A stretch of DNA of 56,454 bases from an uncultured Rickettsiales bacterium. Lineage in GTDB: Bacteria; Myxococcota_A; UBA796; UBA9615; JAKLKC01. Below the pieces are notes generated by a model. It had not been told where the DNA came from. It worked only from the letters and a program-made list of their open reading frames with translations, and did not search any database. The stretch is taken from positions 1 through 56,454 of the forward strand of contig CAYRTW010000001.1 of NCBI GenBank assembly GCA_964426935.1. The letters are read 5' to 3'. This document shows positions 18,254-27,302 of this stretch, piece by piece. The position numbers and the translations under genes are program-made. How positions within the stretch are numbered: the first letter of the stretch is position 1; each line of letters begins with the position of its first letter.

Positions 18254-20473
18254 ATGTCCGGTCAACGATTTGGGGAAATCCTGGTGCGCGACGGGCTTCT
18301 TGGGGCGGAGGCCCTGCTCCTGGCCTTGGAGGCCCAAAAGGGGGAACTTCCAAAAAAACGCCGTCTAGGACAGATTTTGCGTGAGCAAGGGGTCATCGCC
18401 GATCAGGCCATCGCCCAGGTCCTGTCTCAACAATATGGGTTCCCATTGGTGGATCCCCTGACCGCCACGGTGGACCCCACCCTCCTGGCCCGCCTCGAGG
18501 ACCGCACCGCCCTGCGCCTCCTGGCCCTCCCCCTCCAGGCGGTGGCGGATCAGGTGGTGCGGGTGGCCATGGCCGACCCCCTCAACATCACCACCCGACG
18601 GGACCTGGAGTTCGCCCTGGGAGCCGCCGTGGAAATCGCCGTAGCCCCTGAAGATCGCCTGCGGGAAGCCATTGAAAAGCACTACACCCTGGACCGCCAG
18701 TTGGCCTCCTATCTGGCCGCCATCCCCGCCGATTCGGGGGCCCGCTCCGCCCTGACGGGGATTCTGGAGGTGGACCGGGGAGCGTCAGAGGATCGCCTGC
18801 GGGAAGGGGGAGGTCGCCCCTACGTCGACCTGGTGAACCTGCTCCTCGCCGACGCCTCCGAGCAGAGGGCGAGCGACATCCACATCGAGCCTCAGGAGGG
18901 GGGAGTGCGGGTGCGCTACCGGGTGGACGGGGTGCTGCGGGAGGTCCTGCGCCTGCCCCGCTGGGTGGAGGCGGGGATCCTGTCGCGGGTGAAGATCATC
19001 GCCTCCTTGGACATCGCCGAGAAGCGCAAGGCCCAGGACGGCCGGGTGAGGGTGAACATCTCCGGGTCTCCTTTGGATCTGCGGGTGTCGGTGGTCCCCT
19101 CCCAGTTTGGGGAGACCGCCGTCCTCCGCCTCCTCGATCCCCGCATCGTGGAGGCCGATCTCAGCGCTCTCGGTTTCCAATCTTATGCATTCCAGACCTA
19201 CTACCGCCTCATCTCCCGCCCCCAGGGCCTGGTGCTGATCACTGGACCCACCGGCAGCGGCAAGTCCACCACCCTCTATGCCACCATCAACCGCCTGCGC
19301 TCCGAGCAGACCAGCATCTGCACCATTGAAGACCCCATCGAGTTCACCATCGACGGCCTGACCCAGATGGCGGTGGACGAAAAGAGGGGCATGACCTTCG
19401 CCCACTGCATAAGGGCCATGCTCCGCCAGGATCCCAACGTCCTCATCATTGGAGAGGTCCGCGACAAGGAGACCGCCCACGCCGCCTGCCAGGCCGCCCT
19501 CACCGGGCACCTGGTCCTGGCCACCCTCCACACCAACGACACCGTGTCCGCCATCGGCCGCATGCGGGATCTGGAAGTTCCTTCCTACCTTCTGGGGGCT
19601 ACCCTCACCGGCATTGTGGCCCAGCGCCTGGTGCGGCGTCTGTGCCCCACCTGCCGCCTCCCCGCCCAACCCCGGGATTTGGACTGGAACCGCCTTTCCA
19701 TTCCTCCCCAGGAGTTCACCGGGACTCCCCATCGGGTGGGACCGGGCTGCTCTCCCTGCCGCCATGTGGGATACAAAGGCAGGGTGGGAGTCTACGAAAT
19801 CCTGAACATCGACGAGACCTTGCGAGACCTGGTGTATCAGGGAGCCGACGAGGGGCGCCTTCGGGACGCGGCGCGGGAGACCGGAGCCCGCACCCTGTTG
19901 GAGGATGGACTCCTCAAGATGTGGGAGGGAGTCACCTCGGTGGAGGAATTGGCCCGGGTCCTTCCCGGAGGAGGATGGGTCTCTGCCCCGGCGCCAACGC
20001 CCCCCGCTTCCATCGAACCCGACTCAGACGACCTGCCCGAAATCTCCACCGTGGAGCTCCTCCCCTCCGAGCCTCGGCCAGTGGCCGAGGATGCCGATCT
20101 GATCCTGGTGGTGGATGACGCCGCCGAAATCCGGGAGCTGGTGAAGTTCACCCTCCAAAGCTCAGGCTACCGGGTGATCACCGCCAACGACGGTCTGGAA
20201 GCCTTGGAAGCGGTGAAGAGGCACACCGTCTCCCTGGTGGTCCTTGACGTGATGATGCCGGGCATGACCGGATTCGAGGTCTGCCAGCACCTGAAGCAGG
20301 ATCTCACCACCGCCTTCCTCCCGGTCCTCATCCTCTCCGCCCGAGGGGACCAGGCCCACATCAAGAGCGGTTTCCGGGCCGGAGCCGACGACTACCTGCC
20401 CAAGCCTTTTGACCCCGAAGAATTGGAACTGCGAGTGGCGGCCTTGTTGCGAAGGGCTTACCGGGGGGCCTGA
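18254..20473 (+). CDS. GspE/PilB-family secretion ATPase with MshEN-like N-terminus and C-terminal response-regulator receiver domain
   Basis: ATG at 18254. Walker A GPTGSGKST, Asp-box, Walker B VLIIGEVRD, His-box GHLVLATLHTND, and a tetra-Cys motif (CPTC...CSPC). The C-terminal roughly 125 aa are LILVVDDAAEIRE...LVVLDVMMPGMTGFEV...DDYLPKPFDPEEL, a REC domain. Confidence 0.85.
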   Translation: MSGQRFGEILVRDGLLGAEALLLALEAQKGELPKKRRLGQILREQGVIADQAIAQVLSQQYGFPLVDPLTATVDPTLLARLEDRTALRLLALPLQAVADQVVRVAMADPLNITTRRDLEFALGAAVEIAVAPEDRLREAIEKHYTLDRQLASYLAAIPADSGARSALTGILEVDRGASEDRLREGGGRPYVDLVNLLLADASEQRASDIHIEPQEGGVRVRYRVDGVLREVLRLPRWVEAGILSRVKIIASLDIAEKRKAQDGRVRVNISGSPLDLRVSVVPSQFGETAVLRLLDPRIVEADLSALGFQSYAFQTYYRLISRPQGLVLITGPTGSGKSTTLYATINRLRSEQTSICTIEDPIEFTIDGLTQMAVDEKRGMTFAHCIRAMLRQDPNVLIIGEVRDKETAHAACQAALTGHLVLATLHTNDTVSAIGRMRDLEVPSYLLGATLTGIVAQRLVRRLCPTCRLPAQPRDLDWNRLSIPPQEFTGTPHRVGPGCSPCRHVGYKGRVGVYEILNIDETLRDLVYQGADEGRLRDAARETGARTLLEDGLLKMWEGVTSVEELARVLPGGGWVSAPAPTPPASIEPDSDDLPEISTVELLPSEPRPVAEDADLILVVDDAAEIRELVKFTLQSSGYRVITANDGLEALEAVKRHTVSLVVLDVMMPGMTGFEVCQHLKQDLTTAFLPVLILSARGDQAHIKSGFRAGADDYLPKPFDPEELELRVAALLRRAYRGA

Positions 20474-20626
20474 GTTCTTTTTGCGGTTTAACCGAAGGAG
20501 GGGGGAGATTCCCGCCCCAATCCGCTCCTCACTCCCAGTCCGGGCAATCGATGGACTTCCAGGTACCACCGCCCCTTCCACAGCATCCGATTGAACAGCG
20601 ACAACCTTCGACGCGGAACAAACCCA

Positions 20627-21319
20627 TCAAGATGGAAGATTCCCCGCCAAGGGAAACCCCAGATACACAAAATGGATGCGCCCTCCCCGGCCCGCCCGGT
20701 GCTTTTCCAGCCGATACCCGGCTCGGGCCATGCGCTTCTCAAAGGGAGGATCCTCCTGCTCCGACCACACCGCCAGCACCCCTCCCTTCCTCAGGCTTCG
20801 ACGCGCCACTCCCAGGGCCTCCGTTCCAAACACCGGGTCCACCCCGCCGCCGAGGGGAACCTTGGGCCCCTCATACAGGTCCAGGATCACCGCATCGAAC
20901 CTCTCCAGGGGCGAGGCGGCTCCCCGGGCGATGGGCATCGCCACGTTCCCGGTCTCCACCGATACTCTTGGGTCCTCCAGGGCCGAATCCGTCAGCACCC
21001 CCATGAACTCCCGGCACCACTCCACCACCACCGGGTTGAGCTCACACACTCGCACCTGGGCTGTGGGAGGCAGGGAGTCGAGACAAGCCCTCAGGGTGAA
21101 CCCCATTCCCAATCCTGCCACCAGCACCCGGGGGACCGGACTGTCCTTCACCACCCCGCAGGCCCGCTTCGCCAGTGCCTCCTCAGATCCGTGGGCAGCG
21201 GAGGTCATGACGATCCTCCCCTGGAGGGTCAGGTGAAACTCCCTCTCTCCCCGTCGCCGCAGCTCCAGGGGGCCATCGGGGGTGGAAGCACGGGCGAGGG
21301 AGGTCCAGGGGTGGCGCAT
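20627..21319 (-). CDS. Spermidine-synthase-like SAM-dependent transferase
   Basis: The internal ATG at 21319 is the first start that does not overlap the upstream gene. VLVAGLGMGFTLR (a GxGxG-type SAM-binding loop), VRVCELNPVVVEW and FDAVILDLYEGP resemble the spermine/spermidine synthase fold. Confidence 0.55.
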   Translation of the reverse strand: MRHPWTSLARASTPDGPLELRRRGEREFHLTLQGRIVMTSAAHGSEEALAKRACGVVKDSPVPRVLVAGLGMGFTLRACLDSLPPTAQVRVCELNPVVVEWCREFMGVLTDSALEDPRVSVETGNVAMPIARGAASPLERFDAVILDLYEGPKVPLGGGVDPVFGTEALGVARRSLRKGGVLAVWSEQEDPPFEKRMARAGYRLEKHRAGRGGRIHFVYLGFPLAGNLPS

Positions 21320-21452
21320 GGCGGGGCGATTGTAGCGGGAAAATACCCGACGCAAAAAGCTCACCCCCAATTGGCTGCAGTCAACAACCTGCCCGGCAAG
21401 GCGCCTTGGCGTTGAAATGCCCGAAAAGAACCCCATCCTGCCCCCGTCCCCC

Positions 21453-23123
21453 TCACCCCTCCCTCTCATACGCGGGAAGGGTGGCGATTCTCTCATCCTC
21501 CACCGCCGTCCCCACCGCCAGGTGATACAAACTTTGGAAACGAGTCCCCCGGAGCCCCAACACTTCGTGCATCTGGTCATCGAAGAAGCACCCGATTCCC
21601 GTCGCCCTCGCCCCCACCGCCTCCGCCCCCAGGTAGAGGGCCTGCCCCACCAGTCCGCACTCCCAGAACAGGCGCCGGTAGAACCACGCCCCCGCCGCCT
21701 CCACCCGGGATTGGAACTCCGCCACCATTCCCAGGCTGAAGGCTCCGTCCCCACCGATGTCCTGCTGACAGCTCACCACCTGGCCGATGGCCCGCACATC
21801 CTCGGAGATCAGGCGGTACAGGGGCAGGTGCTCGGGGGCCCCGGAGACCTTCTCCCAGGCAAAAGAGGGACGCAGGGCCGCCGCCAGGCCCGCCTTGGCA
21901 CAGGGGGTCCGGGGGAGGGCGTAGAGTCCAGGGGTCCATCCGGTGACCCGATGCACGAACATCAACAGGTGGACGGTGGGATGCCAATCCAGCACATCAA
22001 AGGGCGGCAGGCCAGGGCGAGGCATCACCCCATCCATCAGGGAGAAAAAGGCTCGCCGGCTCATTCCCGTCTTCCCATCGAAGTCCACGGCGCTGCGCCT
22101 CTGCCGGGCGAGGCGATGCAAGCCGGCCTGGGAATGGAAACCGGCGGTGAAGGGAGGGGGCAGGAGCGCGGGAGGGGCTCCCTGTGCGAATCCAGGGGAA
22201 ACTCCTGGGGGTTTCACGGTGGCCACCGACGCCCCAGCCAGTTCAGGCCATTCCTGATGAGACGAGCTGAGGCGGTTGGCGACCCCCGTCCAAACTCCCT
22301 GAAAGGCCGCCCGGCTCAATGCCCCCCCATCCAAAGAGTCCGTGGGATCGGAGGCCCCCGAAGACGGCTCGGTATCCACCCACAAGAGGAGATCGGGATG
22401 CTCCTCCTCGGCATCAAAGCGATCTTCTTTACGGTCCAAACCCAGCAGGGACGCCACCTCTCCGTCTCCTGCCCGGGACAGGACCCTCATCCTCCATCCC
22501 AGCGCCGCCGCCGCGAATCGGAGGGCCCCCATCGCGTGACCCACATCGTGCTGGCAGTACCGAAACGCCCTCTCTCCGTATTTCCAGGCTTCCCTCCAAA
22601 GAATGGACGACAAGCCCACCAGGAAGGCCCCCCTTCCCAGGCTCTCCCTCACCTCATCGAAGGCCCCCGCCGGTAGAACACAGCGCCTCTCCAAGGTGTG
22701 CTCCAAGGGACAGTAGTGATATACGGCGGCCTGTCCTCCCACTCCTGGCAGGGGGGGAAGGATCAGGTACCCTTCGGTGGGATGGAGATTGCCGCTGGAG
22801 GGATTGCAGCGCAGGGCCCAGCGGGTCTGCCCCACGGCCTTCCACGCCGAAACCGCCAGGGACAGTCGAAGCAGAAGGGACACCGATTCCAGGGCAAGGG
22901 GTTTCGCCGTCACTCCCCGGTGAAGAACCGCCAGAGGGGGGCCCTCCTCGGTGGGAGGGAGAGGAAGGGGAACCACCGCCGCCCCCGTGTATCGCCGGAA
23001 GGGATCGGGCTGGTTGGCCCAGTCCATGAATCCCGGGCTGGGAGCAAAGCGCCGGGGATGGTGCTTGCTGGCCTCGTGATAGGCGAAGACGATTTCCAGG
23101 GGAGAGGGGGGCCGATGGGTCAA
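21453..23123 (-). CDS. Large two-domain nitroreductase-superfamily protein (SagB/ThcOx-type dehydrogenase-like)
   Basis: 556 aa with TTG start overlapping the upstream stop. N-terminal YHEASKHHP...PDWANQPDPFR and C-terminal GIGCFFDDQMHEVLGL blocks are typical of SagB-type nitroreductase domains. The size implies two fused domains. Confidence 0.65.
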   Translation of the reverse strand: MTHRPPSPLEIVFAYHEASKHHPRRFAPSPGFMDWANQPDPFRRYTGAAVVPLPLPPTEEGPPLAVLHRGVTAKPLALESVSLLLRLSLAVSAWKAVGQTRWALRCNPSSGNLHPTEGYLILPPLPGVGGQAAVYHYCPLEHTLERRCVLPAGAFDEVRESLGRGAFLVGLSSILWREAWKYGERAFRYCQHDVGHAMGALRFAAAALGWRMRVLSRAGDGEVASLLGLDRKEDRFDAEEEHPDLLLWVDTEPSSGASDPTDSLDGGALSRAAFQGVWTGVANRLSSSHQEWPELAGASVATVKPPGVSPGFAQGAPPALLPPPFTAGFHSQAGLHRLARQRRSAVDFDGKTGMSRRAFFSLMDGVMPRPGLPPFDVLDWHPTVHLLMFVHRVTGWTPGLYALPRTPCAKAGLAAALRPSFAWEKVSGAPEHLPLYRLISEDVRAIGQVVSCQQDIGGDGAFSLGMVAEFQSRVEAAGAWFYRRLFWECGLVGQALYLGAEAVGARATGIGCFFDDQMHEVLGLRGTRFQSLYHLAVGTAVEDERIATLPAYEREG

Positions 23124-24397
23124 TGGGTGATGTGGGCGTCGTACAGCTCGACGGCAGAATCGTCAAAAACCTTGACGTGCAGATCGTTTCCCTGCGCCTC
23201 AAACCAGAAGAAGCCCAGGCTGGAAGATTGGAACACCGTGGGATTGGAGCCAGTCAGGGTGGTGGTGGAAGAGCCTCCCCCCGAGGTCATGAGTTGGGTG
23301 CCGGCGCAGGTGTTGGTCATCCACTGAAGGGAATGGTCATGGGCACCGATGTACAGGTCCACGTTTCCACACACGGTTTCATCAAACAATTCCAGGATTT
23401 CCGCACCGCGACCGGGGACTCCGTCGTAGTTGCCAGCGTTCCCGTGGTGCCCGTTGGAAGAATAGGAATGGTGGCCATAGGCGATCTTCCATTCGGCGGT
23501 GGAGCCTAGGATGGCTGACCCCATCTCCATCTGTTCGTCCTCCAGCCAGGCGGTTCCCAGGAGAGGCCAGGTGGTGTCCAGGGCGAAGAAGTCTACGTCC
23601 CCATTGGAGAAGCTGTACCACTGATCGGGCATGTTCCAGATGGACGAGTAAGCGGTGTGATCCACCGAATAGGTGGCCTTTGCGGTGATGATGGGCGGGG
23701 GCCAGCCTCCCCCCATTCCGCCCACATCTCCATAATCGTGGTTTCCCATGACCGGGTAGAAGTTCAGTCCCAAGGAGGCGTACACATCCTCGAACTTGCT
23801 GTCCCAGTCGGGATCCACCATGGGATCCGCCGATTCAGGGCCGTCGGTGTAGATGTTGTCTCCCAAGAGGAGCACGAAGTCGCAGCCTTCATCGGCGCAC
23901 ACCGTCCCCATGGCGGCAGCCACGTCGGCCTGGGCGGCGTTGCCGTTGCCGGTATCTCCCACCGCCAGCCACCGGGTGGTGGGCAACATCCCCATGAAGC
24001 GGGTGGACGAGAACGACAGGGTGTTGTCCACCGCCTTCCCCTGCACCTTCCAGTACACCCCAGTCGACCAGGTGCCTTCCTGGTAACCATCCCACACCGC
24101 CTGGTTCATGGTGTACTTTTTCATTCCCTGCCAGGGGGTGCGAACGGTGTCCACTCCAAACGTGCCCGAGGGGGAGTACCACACCCGGTACTTGCTGCAG
24201 TTCCCCAACCAGGTCTGCTGCACCGCATCCCCCACCAGGGTTCCATCGGCGGGGTTGACCAGGGTGACGGTGCAGGCCACCGCCCAGGCCAGAGGGGAGT
24301 CGACGAGAAGAAGAGTGGTACCCAGGGCACCACCGGCAGCCAGGGTCACGACCAGGGCCAGGGCGCGAGAAGGACGGGCAGAGGGGAAGAGGGACAT
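23120..24397 (-). CDS. Secreted calcineurin-like metallophosphoesterase (purple-acid/ACP5-like)
   Basis: Signal peptide MSLFPSARPSRALALVVTLAAGGALG. Metallophosphatase blocks are present in order: GDTGNG, LLLGDNIY, MGNHDY, GHHSYSSNGHHG, GAHDHSLQW. Confidence 0.78.
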   Translation of the reverse strand: MSLFPSARPSRALALVVTLAAGGALGTTLLLVDSPLAWAVACTVTLVNPADGTLVGDAVQQTWLGNCSKYRVWYSPSGTFGVDTVRTPWQGMKKYTMNQAVWDGYQEGTWSTGVYWKVQGKAVDNTLSFSSTRFMGMLPTTRWLAVGDTGNGNAAQADVAAAMGTVCADEGCDFVLLLGDNIYTDGPESADPMVDPDWDSKFEDVYASLGLNFYPVMGNHDYGDVGGMGGGWPPPIITAKATYSVDHTAYSSIWNMPDQWYSFSNGDVDFFALDTTWPLLGTAWLEDEQMEMGSAILGSTAEWKIAYGHHSYSSNGHHGNAGNYDGVPGRGAEILELFDETVCGNVDLYIGAHDHSLQWMTNTCAGTQLMTSGGGSSTTTLTGSNPTVFQSSSLGFFWFEAQGNDLHVKVFDDSAVELYDAHITH

Positions 24398-24481
24398 CGT
24401 GAAAACCTCCTGGCCCTGTTGTATCCCAACCACTGCCGGGGGGAAAGCACGGCCTCCCGGTGCAGCAGAGATCGGTGGAGA

Positions 24482-25831
24482 TCAGTGCCGTCCCAGACGC
24501 ATTCCAACCTCTTCGGCCACCCTCTCCCCCGCCTGGACCGCCCCATCCATGAATCCGGTCCATTCGGTGGCGGTTTCGGTTCCAGCAAAGTGGATGCGAC
24601 CGACGGGGGCTCGCAGAGCTTCGCCAGAGGTGGTGAGGGTCATGGGGGTGCCTATCCCCACCGGGCAGCCCATCAGATAGGGTTCCTGGCTCCAGTCCTT
24701 TTCTTCATAGAGGAGGGGCTGACGAGCCTCTTCTCCAAAGAACAGGGCAAAATCGTCCAGGACAGCGGTTTTTCGCTCCTCGGCGGGGCGGAGGGCGAGG
24801 CAGCGGGCCCGGTCGGCGGTGAGGAACCCCACCAGAGCCGGCTGCCCCTCATGGGAGGTGTTGTCGTAGGTGAACACCACCGAGCGGGATTGGGACAGGG
24901 CTTCCCCGGAGCGACCCTTTTCCCGCCAGAAGGGGCGATCATAGAGGGCCAGGCACTTGATGGTGGCTCCCATGGGCATGCGGGAAGTGAGGTGGACACG
25001 CTGGGGAGGAAGGACCGGCTCACAGGCGATGCGTCCTGCCATCCACGGCGGAAGGGCGAGGATGGCGAAATCCGCAGAGAACCGGGCCGAGGGCGTCACC
25101 ACCTGGATCCCCTGGTCTTCCTGGACGAGGGCAGTCACCGGGGAGGAAAGATGCACCGCGTCCCCCAGCTCCTGGGCCATCCGCAAGGAAATCTGCTGGG
25201 CTCCGCCGCAGAAGCGATCCTGCTGGGCTCCCCCCTCCACCTTGGCCAGTTTCTCGATGTCCCCTCCCGCTCGGGCGTAGGCCAGAAAATACAGCACCGA
25301 CAGTTCTGCTGGCTCCGAGGAGAACACGCTCTGCACCAGCAGATCCACCATGGCCTTGACCCCCGAACCATAGAGGTGAGCCTGTTTCCACTGTTCCACT
25401 GTCGTCCGGTCCCAACTCTCCGCCTCCGCCGCAGCCCAGGGACGGGCCGTGTCCAAGCGCTCACCCATCTTCTTCAGGCGATTGAGAACCAGTTGCAATT
25501 CCGCAAGGTTCCACACCGACAGGGAAGGAATGTCGCTCTTGTAGGTGCGGAGGCGCCCACCGACCTCAATGACTTTTTCCCCCTGATGATGAACGGGAAA
25601 GGTGGTCACCCCCAGCTCCTTCGCCAGGGCCTGGATTCTCAACTGGGTCGGGCCGATCCATTGCCCTCCCAGATCAAACGTGCCCCTTCCCAGGGGCGCG
25701 GAGAGGGTGCGCCCTCCCACCCGATCCTGAGCCTCCACCACCGCCACACGGGCTCCCCAGGCAGACAGGCGTCGCGCCGCCAGAAGGCCGGAAATCCCCG
25801 CTCCCACCACCACCACATCCCACCGATTCAT
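24482..25831 (-). CDS. FAD-dependent amine oxidase (monoamine/polyamine oxidase family)
   Basis: WDVVVVGAGISGLLAARRL is a dinucleotide-binding fold. EAQDRVGGRT, and C-terminal IHFAGTETATEWTGFMDGAVQAGER, are typical of flavin amine oxidases. The start is ATG at 25831 or upstream at 25879. Confidence 0.8.
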   Translation of the reverse strand: MNRWDVVVVGAGISGLLAARRLSAWGARVAVVEAQDRVGGRTLSAPLGRGTFDLGGQWIGPTQLRIQALAKELGVTTFPVHHQGEKVIEVGGRLRTYKSDIPSLSVWNLAELQLVLNRLKKMGERLDTARPWAAAEAESWDRTTVEQWKQAHLYGSGVKAMVDLLVQSVFSSEPAELSVLYFLAYARAGGDIEKLAKVEGGAQQDRFCGGAQQISLRMAQELGDAVHLSSPVTALVQEDQGIQVVTPSARFSADFAILALPPWMAGRIACEPVLPPQRVHLTSRMPMGATIKCLALYDRPFWREKGRSGEALSQSRSVVFTYDNTSHEGQPALVGFLTADRARCLALRPAEERKTAVLDDFALFFGEEARQPLLYEEKDWSQEPYLMGCPVGIGTPMTLTTSGEALRAPVGRIHFAGTETATEWTGFMDGAVQAGERVAEEVGMRLGRH

Positions 25832-26040
25832 CCCACTCTCCTGCGCCGTCACCGCCGCGTCGGTCCCGGAACGGTACACCGGTTGAGGGGGGGACAGGGG
25901 GGCGAATCTCCTTTCTTTTCCCTCTATTGTGTCCTCTCCTGGGCTGATCTACCGTCCCCCGGCGAGAGAAGACGCTTCGTCCCCTCCTCCCTTCGTCCGG
26001 GTTCTCCTTTTCTCAGCGAATTTCCAATAGAAACAGATCC

Positions 26041-27291
26041 ATGACCCCACACGCCGAACCTTCGCCAACGCCTCCCCATCCCATCGCCTTCACCCTTCTC
26101 ATCGTGCCCTTCGGAGCCATGTCCGGGTTCGTGTCGGTGGCGATGGCCTTCGTGGCTTCCCGGGTCAAGGGCCCTGAAGCCTTGACGGTGCCGGAACTGG
26201 CGGGGCTAATGGCCTTGGGAACCCTCCCCCACGCCTGGAAGTTCTTCTGGGCCCCTGCCGTGGACACCACCTTGAGCCGGAAGCGGTGGTACCTGCTCTC
26301 CTCCCTGGCCTGTGCGGTGGGGATTTTTGCCATGGGAGCCATTCCCCTCCACCGTCCCACCCTTCCCCTCCTCACCGGGATCGTGGTGGTGGCCCACCTG
26401 GCCTGTACCTTTCTGGGGATGGCCACCGAGGGATTGATGGCCCATGCCACTCCCGAGGCGCTACGAGGCCGGGTGGGAGGCTTCTTCCAGGCAGGAAACC
26501 TGGGAGGGGCGGGCCTGGGAGGAGGACTGGGACTGATTCTTCTGGAGAAGCTACCGGCGCCGTGGATGACCGGAGCGATCATGGCGGGGATCTTCCTCGC
26601 CTGCGGCGGAGCCCTTCGGCTGGTTCCCGAAGCCCCTGCCGACCCTTCTTCGGGAGGCGCGTGGGGAGCCATCGCCGGGGTGGGGAGAAGCCTTTGGGAG
26701 ACGGTGAGATCCCGGCGGGGCCTCCTCTGCGCCATCTTGTGTTTCCTTCCCATCGGCACTGGAGCAGCGGCGGGCCTGTGGTCGGCGGTGGCGGGAGACT
26801 GGGGAGCCTCGGCCGGCACCGTCGCCCTGGTGACCGGCACCCTGTCGGGGCTGATTTCGGCGGGAGGATGCCTCCTGGGGGGGATCCTGTGCGGAAAGTG
26901 GAACGCCCGCTCCGTGTACGCGGTGGTGGGAGTCCTGTTTGCCGTGGTCGCTGTAGCCATGGGCCTCGCTCCCCGCACCGAGACCATGTACATCCTGTTC
27001 ACCTCCCTGTATTCGGTGTTGATGGGTCTGGCCTACGCCGCCTTCACCGGGTTCGTGTTGGAGGCCATGGGGACGGGGGCGGCAGCCACCAAGTACAACC
27101 TGTTTGCCTCCCTCTCCAACCAGCCCATCGCCTACATGACGGTGATCAACGGCTGGGCCTATGCCCGCTGGCACGCCTCGGGAATGCTGTACACCGAGGC
27201 GGTCTTCGGAGTGATCGGCCTGGTGCTTCTCGGCATCGCTGCAGCGGCTCTGCGGGTGGACAGGCCTTCTCCCCTGCCCTCTCCTGCTTGA
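26041..27291 (+). CDS. MFS transporter, AmpG/PAT-family-like
   Basis: 416 aa with about 12 hydrophobic segments. HAWKFFWAPAVDTTLSRKRWYLL resembles the AmpG block LKFLWSPLMD...RRGWLL. Confidence 0.7.
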   Translation: MTPHAEPSPTPPHPIAFTLLIVPFGAMSGFVSVAMAFVASRVKGPEALTVPELAGLMALGTLPHAWKFFWAPAVDTTLSRKRWYLLSSLACAVGIFAMGAIPLHRPTLPLLTGIVVVAHLACTFLGMATEGLMAHATPEALRGRVGGFFQAGNLGGAGLGGGLGLILLEKLPAPWMTGAIMAGIFLACGGALRLVPEAPADPSSGGAWGAIAGVGRSLWETVRSRRGLLCAILCFLPIGTGAAAGLWSAVAGDWGASAGTVALVTGTLSGLISAGGCLLGGILCGKWNARSVYAVVGVLFAVVAVAMGLAPRTETMYILFTSLYSVLMGLAYAAFTGFVLEAMGTGAAATKYNLFASLSNQPIAYMTVINGWAYARWHASGMLYTEAVFGVIGLVLLGIAAAALRVDRPSPLPSPA

Positions 27292-27302
27292 GGAATTCCC
27301 CC

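Noticed and set aside
20474-20626. Possible small RNA or terminator in the 153-bp convergent gap after the ATPase-REC gene.
   Set aside because: I could find no convincing hairpin, promoter-like element or conserved motif by eye.
21453-23123. SagB-type dehydrogenase as a marker of a thiazole/oxazole RiPP (TOMM) biosynthetic cluster.
   Set aside because: There is no YcaO/cyclodehydratase, no docking protein, and no Cys/Ser/Thr-rich precursor ORF in the flanks. The enzyme alone is insufficient evidence.
23657-26044. Very long antisense or overlapping ORFs. Examples: 23657..26044 +, 3185..4459 -, 15934..17040 -, 45487..47226 +, 41434..42417 +, 50888..51952 +, 33171..34256 +, 18785..19765 -, 27159..28166 -, 10635..11258 -.
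   Set aside because: All lie opposite to or out of frame with genes that have clear family motifs. Their translations are Gly/Arg/Pro/His-rich low-complexity strings without motifs. Such stop-free shadow frames are expected in DNA of about 65% GC.
26286-27302. N-terminal extensions of tracked ORFs: 26286..27302 before the amidase, 11801..12142 before the SBP, 51945..52901 before the capsule gene, 6896..7249 before the queD-like gene, 18161..18253 before the ATPase, 52881..53408 before the SDR, 8834..9073 before the PDZ lipoprotein, and 21320..21754 before the methyltransferase-like gene.
   Set aside because: Each extension overlaps a well-supported neighbouring gene and is Arg/Pro/Gly-rich. 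Each also precedes an internal start that yields a proper signal peptide, family N-terminus or SD.
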